Source: Burkholderiales bacterium (GTDB lineage Bacteria > Pseudomonadota > Gammaproteobacteria > Burkholderiales > Usitatibacteraceae). Taken from it: 64,000 nucleotides of DNA. The DNA is taken from assembly GCA_031431435.1 (NCBI GenBank), contig JANPDI010000119.1, positions 2,615-66,614 of the forward strand, written 5' to 3'. The notes under the pieces were generated by a model. The model did no database searches. It had not been told where the DNA came from and was given only the letters and a program-made list of their open reading frames with translations. A program made the position numbers and the translations under genes. Positions 24,128 to 37,122 of this stretch are shown here, piece after piece (position 1 is the first letter of the stretch; each line of letters starts with the position of its first letter).

Positions 24128-25681
24128 CTACATGTTCCAAAACAACAGCAGGTAGAGGTAGGCACCGGCAATCAACGCCAGAATCGCCACCAGCGAAAGC
24201 AACACGCGGCTTTGCCAGCGCTGGGTTTGATTGACACGTTCGACCGCCGCCTCGATTGCGGCAAGCCGCTCCGACGGGTTGTTTTCCAGCGCACGGTGGA
24301 TCAGTCTCGGCAGCTGCGGCAGCGTTGCCGTCCAAAGCGGGCCCTCCTTGCGAATCTGCCGGACCAATCCACGCAAGCCAATTTGTTCGTCCATCCATTT
24401 TTTCAGGATCGGCTGCGCAACGGGTCGCAAGTCGAGTTGCGGATAGAGCTGCCGGCCCAGACCTTCAACCTGAAGCAGTGTCTTTTGCAACAACACAAGT
24501 TGCGGCTGAATTTCCATCTTGAAGCGTCGCGACACGTCAAACAGCCGTAACAGCACATTGCCAAAATAAATTTCGTTTAACGGTTTGTCGAATATCGGCT
24601 CACAAACACTGCGTATGGCAGCCTCGAATTCATCGACCCGTGTGTTGCGCGGCACCCATCCGGCCTCAATATGCGCGATTGCCACCGCTTTGTAATCGCG
24701 TTCAAAAAATGCGGCGAAATTACGCGCCAAATAACTTTTGTCGGCGTCCGACAGGGTGCCCATGATGCCAAAATCCACCCCCGCGTAAATGCCATTGCGG
24801 CCGACAAAAATATTGCCGGGGTGCATATCAGCATGAAAAAAGCCATCGCGAAAAACCTGGGTAAAAAATATTTTCACGCCATCTGACGCGAGCTTGGCAA
24901 GGTCGATATTGTGCGCTGTCAACTGCGCGATGTCGTTAACCTGAATGCCATCCAACTTTTCCATCACCATCACATCGCGCGTGGTGAAATCGAAAAATAC
25001 CTCCGGCACATAAAGCAATGTGCCATCGGCAAAATTGCGCCGCAGTGTCGACGCATTTGCCGCCTCACGAACCAGGTCGAGCTCATCGTGGATCGATTTA
25101 TCGAACTCGGCAACCACCTCCCGTGGCCTGAGTCTGACGCCGTCCTCAAAGACCGTTGCAATCAAATCGGCGACCACATACAAAAGGCCGATGTCTTTGC
25201 CAATGACGTGGCGAATATTGGGGCGCAAAATCTTCACGGCAACGTCACGTCCGGCTTGTTTGCCGCTTGCGAGCGTGGCGAAATGCACCTGGGCGATTGA
25301 CGCGGATGCAACCGGCGTCATATTGAATGCCGAAAAAACGTCGCGCCACGTTTTCCCCGCATTGTCGTCGTAAGCGTGACTGAGCATTGCCAAAACATCG
25401 GCCTCACCAAACGGGGGCACCCTGTCCTGCAGGCGCGCCAGCTCATTGGCGATGTCAACCGGGACCAAGTCAGGTCGCGTGGACAGTATCTGGCCGAATT
25501 TGACAAATATCGGCCCGAGTGACTCCAACGCCCGCCGCAGCCTGACGGCGCGCGGTTCTGCAAAAGACCGCCAGAAGAAAATGCCTCTGACCAACGAACG
25601 GGTCGCCCCATCCGGAAGAAATTCATCGAGGCCGTAGCGAACCACGACTGCGCTGATTTTTAGGAAGCGGAAAAGACGCAT
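24128..25681 (-). CDS. ubiB: UbiB (ABC1/ADCK-type atypical kinase, ubiquinone biosynthesis)
   Basis: This is a 517-aa ORF. It has RLRRALESLGPIFVKFGQILSTRPDLVP..ASIAQVH..VAVKILRP..HADMHPGNIF and C-terminal TM helices. Confidence 0.9.
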   Translation of the reverse strand: MRLFRFLKISAVVVRYGLDEFLPDGATRSLVRGIFFWRSFAEPRAVRLRRALESLGPIFVKFGQILSTRPDLVPVDIANELARLQDRVPPFGEADVLAMLSHAYDDNAGKTWRDVFSAFNMTPVASASIAQVHFATLASGKQAGRDVAVKILRPNIRHVIGKDIGLLYVVADLIATVFEDGVRLRPREVVAEFDKSIHDELDLVREAANASTLRRNFADGTLLYVPEVFFDFTTRDVMVMEKLDGIQVNDIAQLTAHNIDLAKLASDGVKIFFTQVFRDGFFHADMHPGNIFVGRNGIYAGVDFGIMGTLSDADKSYLARNFAAFFERDYKAVAIAHIEAGWVPRNTRVDEFEAAIRSVCEPIFDKPLNEIYFGNVLLRLFDVSRRFKMEIQPQLVLLQKTLLQVEGLGRQLYPQLDLRPVAQPILKKWMDEQIGLRGLVRQIRKEGPLWTATLPQLPRLIHRALENNPSERLAAIEAAVERVNQTQRWQSRVLLSLVAILALIAGAYLYLLLFWNM

Positions 25682-25700
25682 TGCCGGATTTCCGCCGGGC

Positions 25701-28469
25701 CTATGCCGTTTTCAGCTTGGCGGCGGCAGGTTTTGCCTTGGCGGGCTTCTTGGCTGCCGGTTTTGCCGCGGCCGCCTTGCGTTTTGTCTTCTTGGCGGGC
25801 TTTGCGAACGCCTCTTTTTCAGCGAGCAGCTCAAGCGCTTCTTCAAGCGTGATTGACTCAACCTTGTCTTTATCCTGAATGGTGGCGTTGGTATCGCCAT
25901 GTTTTACATATGGGCCATAGCGCCCGGAATAAATGCTGATCGGGGCATCATCGTCAGGATGATTACCGAGTATGCGCAATGCACCCGCGGCAGACTTGGC
26001 CGCTTTTGCGGCCTTGCCTTTGGCTGTCTTTGGGTCGCGTTCTTCAAACTCAAAGCCAATTTTGCCATCCGGTTGTTTCACCAAAAACGCCGAAAATGGA
26101 CGGCCTTTTTTACTGATAAATTTTTCCAGCAACGGCGTCTTTCCCTTTTCAAGCAATTCAATCATTTCTTCGCGCGCAATCGCGCGCTTCAGAATGGTCC
26201 GCCCCGAGCGGAAATCACATGTTCGTGCGGCGCCCACCGCTTTTTCACACGAATAAGCATTTGGCGTTTCGTATACATTTGCGCCGCACTTGGGACACGG
26301 CCCCAGTGTCTGCTGACCGGAGAAATCGATCGGTTCATCATCATTCGCACCATCGCCCCAGGAGAATTCAATCGCGAGCTCCTTGTTTAAAATGAGATTT
26401 GCGGAGAACGCCCGTCCTTGGCGGCTGCGAAAGCCCTCGAGCGGACCAACATCTTTGGTTTCAATCAATATCTCAGCCTCGGTCGCTTCAAGCTGCCGGC
26501 CGGCGATAATTTTCCAAAAACCGAAATCGCACGTTACGCACTGGAAACGTTTGTAATTCTCGTGCACCTCCGAGCCGCATTTCGGACAGGGCACCTTGAG
26601 CGCGCCAAAGTCGCCGGGAATCGTGTCGTGTTCGAAATTTTTAGCCTGGCCGACAATGTGCTCGGTCATGTCTACAATTTCAGCCATGAACGTTTCGCGC
26701 GACATTTTTCCCTTCTGCATCAGCGCCAGTTTTTGCTCCCACTCGGCGGTGAGTTCTGGTGAATAGAGTTCGGGAATGCCCAGGCCATGCAGCGCGATCA
26801 TCAACGATGCCGCTTTGGCGGTGGGGATCAACTCCCGACCTTCACGATGAATATATTTTTCGTATAACAATCCCTCAATTGTTGCCGCACGGGTCGCCGG
26901 CGTACCGAGCCCTTTTTCTTTCATGGCCGCGCGCAACTCTTCGTCGTCAATCGCCTTGCCGGCGCCCTCCATCGCCGACAGCAGCGTTGCCTCGGAGTAG
27001 CGGGCAGGCGGCTTGGTTGTTGTGGCTTTTACCTCGACGGTTTCGGTTTTAACTTTTTCACCGGTTTTGACCGCAGCCAGATTGGTCGACGCCGTATCGT
27101 CCTCCGCGTCGCGTCCATAAACCGCAAGCCAGCCGGCGTTTACCAAGACCTTCCCCTCGGATTTAAAGGCTTCGCTGTCTACGCGCGTCACGCGGGTCGT
27201 CTGCAAAAACTCTGCCGGGGGATGGAACACAGCAAGAAAACGCTTCACAACAAAATCATACAGTTTCTGCTCGATCTCATTCAGCGCCTTGGGCGCCTGC
27301 AACGTCGGGATAATCGCGAAGTGATCGGAGATCTTTGTATTGTCAAAAATCCGCTTGTTTGGCTTTACCCAGCCATTGTCCAGGACTCTTTTCGCCGAAA
27401 CGTTGTACTCGCCCTCTTTCAACATTTCCAGCGTCTGCATAACTGTTGAAATGTAGTCCTCCGGCAACGCGCGCGCATCCGTTCGCGGGTAGGTCAAGAC
27501 CTTGTGCTTCTCGTACAAAGCCTGCGCAAGACCAAGCGTTGTTTTGGCTGAAAATCCAAACCGCGAGTTTGCTTCGCGTTGCAGTGACGTTAAATCGAAC
27601 AGCAGCGGGGAGGCTTGCGTGGTTGGCTTTGACTCTTCCTCGACGATGCCGGGTTTCCCCAGGCATTTTGTGACGATCGAACGGGCTTTTTTTTCGTCCC
27701 ACAATCGTTCGGGTTTGAGGTGCTCATCGTCGTCGGATTTTTTGAATTTTTCGTCAAACCAGCGGCCCATGTAATCGCCACCACTCGCAGAAAAATTCGC
27801 GTGAACTTCCCAGTAGTCGCGCGGCTTGAATGCCTTGATACGCTCTTCACGTTCAACCATGATGGCCAGCGTTGGCGTTTGCACGCGGCCGACCGTGGTC
27901 AATTGAAAGCCGCCCGACTTCGAATTAAATGCGGTCATCGCACGCGTACCGTTGATACCAACCAGCCAGTCGGACTCCGAGCGACAAACCGCCGCATCCG
28001 ACAGGCCCTGCATCGCCTCGCCGGTCAACAACCCCTTGAATCCTTCCCGGATTGCTGGCTGGGTCATCGACTGAAGCCAGAGGCGTTTGACCGGTTGCTT
28101 GGCTTTGGCAAACTGGGCGATGTAACGGAAAATCAACTCGCCTTCACGTCCGGCGTCGCAGGCGTTGATTAGCGTGGTGACATCTTTGCGCTTGATGAGT
28201 TTCAGCAGCACCTTCAGGCGCGGCTCCGTTTTCTCAATGGGGCGGAGGGCAAAATACGATGGGATCGCCGGCAGATGCGCGAAGGTCCATTTGCCGCGCT
28301 TTACTTCCTCCTCTTCCGGCATCGCAATCTCGACCAGATGGCCGACCGCGGACGAGAGGACGTATTCATCACTCTCAAAATATTCTGCGTGCTTGGTAAA
28401 TCCACCAATTGCCTTGGCAATATCGTTCGCAACGGAGGGCTTCTCGGCGATGATGAGACTCTTTGACAT
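25701..28469 (-). CDS. topB: DNA topoisomerase III-like type IA topoisomerase with C-terminal Zn-fingers and a Lys/Ala-rich tail
   Basis: SLIIAEKPSVANDIA gives the Toprim start. It has several CPKCG..C..C zinc ribbons and the tail KPAKKTKRKAAAAKPAAKKPAKAKPAAAKLK. It is adjacent to dprA. Confidence 0.8.
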   Translation of the reverse strand: MSKSLIIAEKPSVANDIAKAIGGFTKHAEYFESDEYVLSSAVGHLVEIAMPEEEEVKRGKWTFAHLPAIPSYFALRPIEKTEPRLKVLLKLIKRKDVTTLINACDAGREGELIFRYIAQFAKAKQPVKRLWLQSMTQPAIREGFKGLLTGEAMQGLSDAAVCRSESDWLVGINGTRAMTAFNSKSGGFQLTTVGRVQTPTLAIMVEREERIKAFKPRDYWEVHANFSASGGDYMGRWFDEKFKKSDDDEHLKPERLWDEKKARSIVTKCLGKPGIVEEESKPTTQASPLLFDLTSLQREANSRFGFSAKTTLGLAQALYEKHKVLTYPRTDARALPEDYISTVMQTLEMLKEGEYNVSAKRVLDNGWVKPNKRIFDNTKISDHFAIIPTLQAPKALNEIEQKLYDFVVKRFLAVFHPPAEFLQTTRVTRVDSEAFKSEGKVLVNAGWLAVYGRDAEDDTASTNLAAVKTGEKVKTETVEVKATTTKPPARYSEATLLSAMEGAGKAIDDEELRAAMKEKGLGTPATRAATIEGLLYEKYIHREGRELIPTAKAASLMIALHGLGIPELYSPELTAEWEQKLALMQKGKMSRETFMAEIVDMTEHIVGQAKNFEHDTIPGDFGALKVPCPKCGSEVHENYKRFQCVTCDFGFWKIIAGRQLEATEAEILIETKDVGPLEGFRSRQGRAFSANLILNKELAIEFSWGDGANDDEPIDFSGQQTLGPCPKCGANVYETPNAYSCEKAVGAARTCDFRSGRTILKRAIAREEMIELLEKGKTPLLEKFISKKGRPFSAFLVKQPDGKIGFEFEERDPKTAKGKAAKAAKSAAGALRILGNHPDDDAPISIYSGRYGPYVKHGDTNATIQDKDKVESITLEEALELLAEKEAFAKPAKKTKRKAAAAKPAAKKPAKAKPAAAKLKTA

Positions 28470-28638
28470 GCGTTGATACTTTCGTAGGTTGATTCACGCG
28501 TCCGCGACAGCCATCACAGCCGTTACGTGGGGCGCACATGATAGGCGCGGAAGTCTTGCAAAGGCAAGAGAATAATTTTTTCAATAAACAAAACAACTGG
28601 TTGGCGCGAGTCGACCCTGCGATTGCGCGGCAATACGG

Positions 28639-29769
28639 TCAGGCCAAACGCTGATACTTTCCTCCGGCGATCTGTGCGACACGACCATCCAGTTCAAGTT
28701 CGGTCAGTCTGCCGATCAACAAATGTCCTGCAATGCCGGTGCGCACCGCCAGCTCATCACTCGACACCGCATCAAAGCCCATTGCATCAAGAATTGGATC
28801 TTTGTCCGGGTTCATTTTGCCGGCAGTCGCCTCTTTGTTTTGCGCCGCAGGCAGGTTGCTCTGCCATTGCAGCTCGACCAGCACGTCGTTTGCGTCATCA
28901 ACCAACTTGGCACCTTGCTTGATGAGCTGGTGGGTGCCTTTCGACAAAGGCGAATGAATCGAGCCCGGAATCGCAAAAACGTCGCGCCCCTGTTCGGCAG
29001 CCTGTCGCGCGGTAATCAGCGACCCTGACGCAAGCGCCGCCTCAACGACCAACACGCCGCGCGAGAACCCGCTGATGATGCGATTGCGCCGCGGAAAATT
29101 GGCTGCGATGGCGGGCGTACCCAACGAAAATTCAGAGATGATCAGACCGCGTTGGGAAATTTCTTGTGCAAGACTCTTGTTGCGGGCGGGATAGACCAGA
29201 TCAAGTCCGGTGCCAACAACGGCAATTGTTGATGCACTGCCGTCGAGCCCGCCGCGATGCGCAGCGGCGTCGATTCCCAGTGCCAGTCCGGAAATAATCG
29301 CCAGGCCTGCGTTGGATAAACTTCGTGAGAATGCCTCTGCATTCTGCGCGCCGCCGGGTGTTGCATTGCGGCTGCCGACGACGGCGATGCTGGCGCTCGA
29401 CAGCAACTCACGCCGGCCTTTCAGATAAAGCATTGGCGGCGGGTCGTTGATTTCAAACAACGCGCGCGGATAGTCCGCGTCGGCCAGCGTAACAATATGA
29501 TTTGATTCGTGTTCAAGCCATTTCAGCGAATAAGCGAGTTTTGCCGGGTCCGGGCCGCTGATGATCGCATCTGCCGCCTTTGCATGCACCACGCGCAGCA
29601 GTGACGCGCGCGTTTGTGACATTACCTTTTCTGGCGTCCCGAAATCACGCAGCAACTTACGGATACTCTCCGCCCCCAGGTTCGGCAGCAGGTCGAGCGA
29701 AAGCCAGGATAAGGCGTCAAGCTCTGTGGGTGGCAGCGGCATAGATGGCGGGTGTGTGAGGGGCGACAA
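28639..29769 (-). CDS. dprA: DNA-processing protein DprA (Smf)
   Basis: It has IAVVGSRNATPGG..GLALGIDAAAHRGGL..TIAVVGTGLDLVYPARN..FPRRNRIISG and a C-terminal winged helix. Confidence 0.92.
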   Translation of the reverse strand: MSPLTHPPSMPLPPTELDALSWLSLDLLPNLGAESIRKLLRDFGTPEKVMSQTRASLLRVVHAKAADAIISGPDPAKLAYSLKWLEHESNHIVTLADADYPRALFEINDPPPMLYLKGRRELLSSASIAVVGSRNATPGGAQNAEAFSRSLSNAGLAIISGLALGIDAAAHRGGLDGSASTIAVVGTGLDLVYPARNKSLAQEISQRGLIISEFSLGTPAIAANFPRRNRIISGFSRGVLVVEAALASGSLITARQAAEQGRDVFAIPGSIHSPLSKGTHQLIKQGAKLVDDANDVLVELQWQSNLPAAQNKEATAGKMNPDKDPILDAMGFDAVSSDELAVRTGIAGHLLIGRLTELELDGRVAQIAGGKYQRLA

Positions 29770-29854
29770 AATGATCGCGCCCGAAAAACGGGGCGCACAA
29801 ACGACAAACGCGCGAACGATGTCGCGCGTTTACCAATGATCCTGCAACGGTTAA

Positions 29855-31036
29855 CTACGGTGTTTGAACGACGTCACCAACTTTAAGCGGGCGCTTTGAC
29901 GACATGACCAAAACATACGACACGCGGTCAAATACCCGAAAAACGACGGTTAGGCCATTGCGTTCCTCGGGCAATTTTACTTCCGCCGGAATGCCGTCTT
30001 TGTCACCCCGCCATGAGGCCGGAATCAGTGTTTTTAATGAATAACGCGACTCGTCCTCACCGGTATTGGTTGCAACAATCTCGCCACCGCGTTGCACGGC
30101 AAGCACGTGCCCGATCTCGATGCCGTCACGCCGCCCAAGATTGACAACAACAATTGAATACTGTGCGGTTTCTGAAACGCCGCCCACCACGGAAACGACC
30201 GCACCCTTGACCTGCGTTGCCGGCGATCGCGGACTGTATTGCGGTAACGTCGCGTCGCCTGCCGGGGTCAGTCGATCACCACGGTTAATTTCCTGGTTTG
30301 CCTTGGTGATTTCAAGGGTGGTTGGTGTCACGTTGCCGTCGCCAAATCGCGTCACGCGTGCGTCACCCAAATACTGCGCTTCAAACCCTAGAATTTCACG
30401 GGTAACCGGGTCGGTCAGCGCCTTGCCCGGACGATAGACCTGCCAGCGGGTCCCCTGTTCGGGTTTGATGCCCAATGCGTAGACGGCGTTGCCGGTGCCA
30501 ACAATGACCCGGCTTTCTTCGGAAGCAATAATGCGCGGCGCGCTGTTCAAGGCACCCTCTTCAGCAACCAGCGGCGTGGACAGGAATGGGCCGATAACCC
30601 GCGCGGGAATCGACGGAATGGCCTGACCCAGCGCTTCGGTCCGGACCCGCGGCGATAGTTTGACGGTGCCGCCAAGGCCTTCACTGCCGGCAATTGTCAA
30701 AAGCGGGCGTCCTGAGGCGTCAAACGAAAGTTTTACGACGTCGCCCGGATAAATCAAATGCGGGTTCTTGATCTGGTCGCGGTTCATGTTCCAGATTTCC
30801 GGCCAGCGCCAAGGCTCTTTCAGGAATTTGCCGGAAATATCCCAAAGCGTATCGCCTTTGACGACGGTATACATCGTTGGCGCATCGTTGGCCAACAACA
30901 GTGGGTTGTCGTTTGTTTTGGCAGATGCGGTCTTCTTGGCGGCCGGTGTCTTTGGCGCATCTTGGGCCGCTACCGTCGCGCTTGCCAGAACACCCAGGCT
31001 GACGCCAAATAAAAGGATTGCCGGGAATTTTTTCAT
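29855..31036 (-). CDS. LysM domain-containing periplasmic protein
   Basis: It has a signal peptide (MKKFPAILLFGVSLGVLASATVAA) and a LysM motif (YTVVKGDTLWDISGKFLKEPWRWPEIW). It sits in the conserved position next to dprA and opposite def. Confidence 0.85.
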   Translation of the reverse strand: MKKFPAILLFGVSLGVLASATVAAQDAPKTPAAKKTASAKTNDNPLLLANDAPTMYTVVKGDTLWDISGKFLKEPWRWPEIWNMNRDQIKNPHLIYPGDVVKLSFDASGRPLLTIAGSEGLGGTVKLSPRVRTEALGQAIPSIPARVIGPFLSTPLVAEEGALNSAPRIIASEESRVIVGTGNAVYALGIKPEQGTRWQVYRPGKALTDPVTREILGFEAQYLGDARVTRFGDGNVTPTTLEITKANQEINRGDRLTPAGDATLPQYSPRSPATQVKGAVVSVVGGVSETAQYSIVVVNLGRRDGIEIGHVLAVQRGGEIVATNTGEDESRYSLKTLIPASWRGDKDGIPAEVKLPEERNGLTVVFRVFDRVSYVLVMSSKRPLKVGDVVQTP

Positions 31037-31262
31037 GGCCAGTATTGCCCTCGCGAGGATTTTGGTGCGCCCGGGCATCACCGTGCCAATGGCTGTCGAG
31101 GCGATATCTGCCGTCGAAAACGGTTTAACGCATCAGAGCCGGTGCGCAATCAAATTTGCCTTAATTGGCGACTTCTACTACACTTGGCAGTCATTAACTC
31201 ACTGCAAACTTAATGTAACACATTAAGATTCTGCACCTAATTTATTCAATTCGCAAGCAATT

Positions 31263-31820
31263 ATGGCTATTTTAGACGTTCTCTGTTACCCCGACCCCTT
31301 GTTGCAGCGCATCGCTGAGCCGGTTAAGATTATTGACAACAAAATCAAGAAGTTAGTCGATGATATGGCTGAGACCATGTACGCCGCGCCAGGTATTGGA
31401 TTGGCGGCCACCCAAGTTGGTGAATTAAAGCGGCTCATGGTTATCGACGTGACTGAGGAAAAAAATCAACTTCGCGTGTTCATCAATCCAGAAATCATTC
31501 GCAAAGAAGGTGCCGCGGTACACGAAGAAGGTTGCTTGTCGGTACCAGGCTTTTATGACAAGGTTGAGCGCGCCGAAACCGTGATGGTCACCGCACTGGA
31601 TCGCGACGGCCAGCGTTTCACCATCAATGCGTCCGGCCTGCTCGCGGTTTGTATTCAGCATGAGATCGATCATTTGGATGGCCACGTTTTTGTCGAATAT
31701 TTGTCCCCGCTGAAATCCAACCGTATCAAAAACAAATTGATCAAGCGCCAGCGTGAGCTTGATCGCGAAGCGGAAATGGCTGCACCGCGGCGGCGCGCCT
31801 CGGTTTCTGCGCGCTTGTAA
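31263..31820 (+). CDS. def: Peptide deformylase
   Basis: The three PDF motifs are present: [17 protein letters not shown] and QHEIDHLDG. Confidence 0.95.
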   Translation: MAILDVLCYPDPLLQRIAEPVKIIDNKIKKLVDDMAETMYAAPGIGLAATQVGELKRLMVIDVTEEKNQLRVFINPEIIRKEGAAVHEEGCLSVPGFYDKVERAETVMVTALDRDGQRFTINASGLLAVCIQHEIDHLDGHVFVEYLSPLKSNRIKNKLIKRQRELDREAEMAAPRRRASVSARL

Positions 31821-31925
31821 TCGCCGGCCGGCAGCGCCACTCCGCCAAATCGGCTGCATCCATGCACTGGCGCCGACCGCAGGGTCGGCGTTTTTGTTTG
31901 TTCACGACACATGTTCACGCGCTAA

Positions 31926-32855
31926 ATGAAAATCATTTTTGCGGGCACACCACCTTTTGCCGCCGCTGCTCTTACCGCGCTTCATGCAGCGGCGCATGAC
32001 ATCGTTCTTGTCTTGTCACAACCCGACCGCCCCGCCGGGCGCGGCATGAAGTTAACGCGGTCCGCCGTTTCGATGGCGGCAGCACAACTCGGCTTGCCCA
32101 TTGAAAAGCCGGCCTCGTTAAAGACCCCCGACGCGCTGCAATTACTGCGCGCGACCGGCGCGGACATCATGGTTGTCGCCGCTTACGGTTTATTACTTCC
32201 GCAGGCAGTGCTTGACCTGCCGCGCCTCGGATGTCTCAACATCCACGGTTCGCTGTTGCCAAGATGGCGCGGCGCGGCGCCGGTACAGCGCGCGATCGAG
32301 GCGGGCGATCATGAGACCGGTATCGACATCATGCAAATGGACGCCGGCTTGGATACCGGCCCAATATTGCTCGAAAAGAAACTGGCCATATCAGCCGATG
32401 ACACCAGCGCCTCACTTTTTAGTCGGCTCACCAGTCTCGGCGCTGACACGATTGTCGAGGCATTGGAAAAATTGCCGGCGCTGTCGCCACGCCTGCAGTC
32501 GGTATCCGGTGCCGTTTATGCGCGAAAAATTGACAAATCAGAAGCGCCAATCGATTGGCACGCGCCTGCTGAAATCATTGAACGGCGGATACGGGCATTT
32601 GATCCGTTTCCAGGCTGTGAAACCACGTTGTGCAATGAAAAACTCAAGGTTTGGAGGGCGTTTCCCGCTGATAATGCTCTGAATGCCCCGCCGGGCAACG
32701 TGTTTGAAATCGCACCTGACCACTTCACAATTGCCTGCGGCAAGGGCGCCTTGCGTATCACCATCGTCCAACGCCCGGGCGGCAATCGTATTTCTGCCGC
32801 AGACTGGCTGCGCGGACGACCAACACCCATCCAACCTGGAGCGCAATGTCAATGA
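31926..32855 (+). CDS. fmt: Methionyl-tRNA formyltransferase
   Basis: It has MKIIFAGTPPFAA..QPDRPAGRG..NIHGSLLPRWRGAAPVQRAI. Confidence 0.95.
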   Translation: MKIIFAGTPPFAAAALTALHAAAHDIVLVLSQPDRPAGRGMKLTRSAVSMAAAQLGLPIEKPASLKTPDALQLLRATGADIMVVAAYGLLLPQAVLDLPRLGCLNIHGSLLPRWRGAAPVQRAIEAGDHETGIDIMQMDAGLDTGPILLEKKLAISADDTSASLFSRLTSLGADTIVEALEKLPALSPRLQSVSGAVYARKIDKSEAPIDWHAPAEIIERRIRAFDPFPGCETTLCNEKLKVWRAFPADNALNAPPGNVFEIAPDHFTIACGKGALRITIVQRPGGNRISAADWLRGRPTPIQPGAQCQ

Positions 32856-34207
32856 AACCTGAAACGTCCCCGCAGGTACTATCAACCGGCATGGTTGCGG
32901 TACAAATCGCGGCTTCCGAAATTGTCGGACGGGTGCTGGGCGGCAAGAACCTTGACCGCGAGTTGGCGGACGCCCTCGCCAAGCATCGTACGCTGTCGCC
33001 GAATGAGCGCCAGGCCGTGCACTCGATTTGTTTTGACACGCTGCGACACTACGGCCTCATCAACGCCCAACTTGATATGCTGTTGGCCGCACCGCTGAGT
33101 GACGCGCCCGTTCGCTACTTGTTACTGGTCGCATTGGCACAGTTGCAGTTCTCCCGCGTGGCGGCACATACGGTTGTCGATCACGCGGTCAATGCTGCCG
33201 TGGCCATGGGTTACGCCCGCGCCAAAGGATTGGCGAATGCCGTATTGCGCAACTATTTGCGAACACCGGACAAGTTCGCCCGTGAGCGATTCAAAGATAT
33301 GGTTGCCCGGTATGATCATCAGCGCTGGTGGATGACGCGCCTGCAGGAAGAGCAGCCGGCGGATTGGGAACGCGTCTTGCTCGCAGCGCGCGCGCGTCCA
33401 CCGATGCATCTGCGGGTCAATATTCGCAAGACCACAGTCGCCGACTACCTTGCGCTGCTGGAAAAAGCCGCTATGTCCGCCATGGCTGTTGGCAATGAGG
33501 CGATCCATCTTGAGGTTCCGGTGTCTGTGTCTGCGCTGCCGAAATTCAGCGAAGGTTGGGTATCGGTGCAAGATACGGGGGCCCAACTGGCGGTGCGGCT
33601 GCTTGATGCCAAGAACGGCATGCGCGTACTCGACGCATGTGCCGCGCCTGGTGGGAAAACCTGCCACATTCTGGAGCGGGCCAATGTCGACCTTACGGCC
33701 ATTGATACCGACAGCCACCGATTGCGGCGCGTGACGGATAACTTGGGACGATTGCATCTCAAGGCGAAACTCAAACAAGCCGATGTTGCGAACCTCGCCA
33801 TGTGGTGGACAGACGGTGAAAAGAAGCCGTTTGACCGCATTCTGTTGGACGTGCCCTGCTCGGGCTCGGGTGTCACCCGTCGCCACCCGGATATCAAATG
33901 GATTCGCCGTGAAACGGATCTGAAACGATTTGCAGAAACACAGGCGCGTCTGTTGGCCGGGGTGTGGCCGACTCTCGCAAAGGGCGGCGTATTGTTGTAT
34001 GCAACCTGTTCCGTCTTCAAAGCCGAAAATCAGGATGTCATTTCCCGCTTCCTCGAAACCGAGCCGACGGCGACCCAGCTGGCTATTCCGCCAAATGTTT
34101 TGCCGGCAGCTGACGCCGAAGCACATTCTCTTACCCCGGATTTGCTCTTTTTGCCCGATGACCAACACGACGGTTTCTATTACGCGCTTTTGCAAAAGAC
34201 GCGATAG
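32846..34207 (+). CDS. rsmB: 16S rRNA (cytosine967-C5)-methyltransferase RsmB
   Basis: It has a NusB-like N-terminal domain and a SAM methyltransferase core (VLDACAAPGGKT..DRILLDVPCSGSGVTRRHPDIKW..LLYATCS). It follows fmt. Confidence 0.92.
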   Translation: MSMKPETSPQVLSTGMVAVQIAASEIVGRVLGGKNLDRELADALAKHRTLSPNERQAVHSICFDTLRHYGLINAQLDMLLAAPLSDAPVRYLLLVALAQLQFSRVAAHTVVDHAVNAAVAMGYARAKGLANAVLRNYLRTPDKFARERFKDMVARYDHQRWWMTRLQEEQPADWERVLLAARARPPMHLRVNIRKTTVADYLALLEKAAMSAMAVGNEAIHLEVPVSVSALPKFSEGWVSVQDTGAQLAVRLLDAKNGMRVLDACAAPGGKTCHILERANVDLTAIDTDSHRLRRVTDNLGRLHLKAKLKQADVANLAMWWTDGEKKPFDRILLDVPCSGSGVTRRHPDIKWIRRETDLKRFAETQARLLAGVWPTLAKGGVLLYATCSVFKAENQDVISRFLETEPTATQLAIPPNVLPAADAEAHSLTPDLLFLPDDQHDGFYYALLQKTR

Positions 34208-34262
34208 CCTGGCCCGGCGGCCGGCGCGCGCAACGAACAACCACGGTTTGACATTTGCCTGG

Positions 34263-34855
34263 TTGAACGGATTGGTGCGTTTGCCGTCTGCGCTGGTGGT
34301 CGGGATTGTCATGTTGATTGCATCGACCTGCTGGATGCGACCCACCCATGCTGCTGAAGTACAACTTAAAGCGGTCAGCGTCGAGTCCAACGAAGAGGGC
34401 ATCCAACTTAACGCCGATTTCGAACTCGTGCTGTCAGGTGCGCTCACCGAGACCATCCGCAAGGGTGTCCCGCTCTACTTTGTTGTTGAATTTGAATTAA
34501 CCCGCGGCCGTTGGTATTGGCTTGATGATGTGCTGCTTCGCGCAACCCGCGAGCGCCGCGTGGCATATGCGCCACTCACTGAGCAATACCGGGTTACCAC
34601 TTCCGGCATTTCGCAAAACTTCACCAATGCAGACGACGTCAAGCGCGTACTTTCAAGGATTCGCTCCTGGACTATTGCCGAAAGGGGTCGGTTGAAGCCA
34701 GGTGAAAAATTTGACGCCGCTATCAGGTTCAGGCTCGACACCTCACAACTGCCAAAGCCCTTCCAGCTCGACGCCTTTGGCTCCCGCGACTGGAACCTAT
34801 CGAGCAATTGGCATCGCTGGACGATCACTGTCGGAAAAGACGGGAATATCTCGCC

Positions 34856-34859
<4 letters not shown>
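34263..34859 (+). CDS. DUF4390 domain protein
   Basis: The segment ..IQLNADFELVLSGALTETIRKGVPLYFVVEFELTRGRWYWLD.. sits in the conserved position between rsmB and the NtrY-like kinase. The start is uncertain: the TTG at 34263 gives a signal-like N-terminus, and an ATG lies at 34311. Confidence 0.6.
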
Positions 34860-37108
<2,249 letters not shown>

Positions 37109-37122
37109 ACTGCAAATAGGGA

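Noticed and set aside
25701-25800. The Lys/Ala/Pro-rich histone-H1-like tail of the topoisomerase as a novelty.
   Set aside because: To my knowledge, such basic low-complexity tails are common on DNA-binding proteins in Burkholderiales-like genomes. It is not distinctive.
33122-34462. Very long antisense ORFs lie opposite well-supported genes. They are 446 aa opposite rsmB, 299 aa at 48547-49446 opposite pilQ, 266 aa at 18088-18888 opposite the kinase, 283 aa at 7216-8067 opposite the primase-helicase, and 217 aa at 37566-38219 opposite the ntrX-like gene.
   Set aside because: The opposite strand in each case encodes a protein with clear family motifs. The antisense translations are Arg/Ser/Ala/Pro-rich with no motifs, which is the usual shadow-ORF pattern in GC-biased coding DNA.
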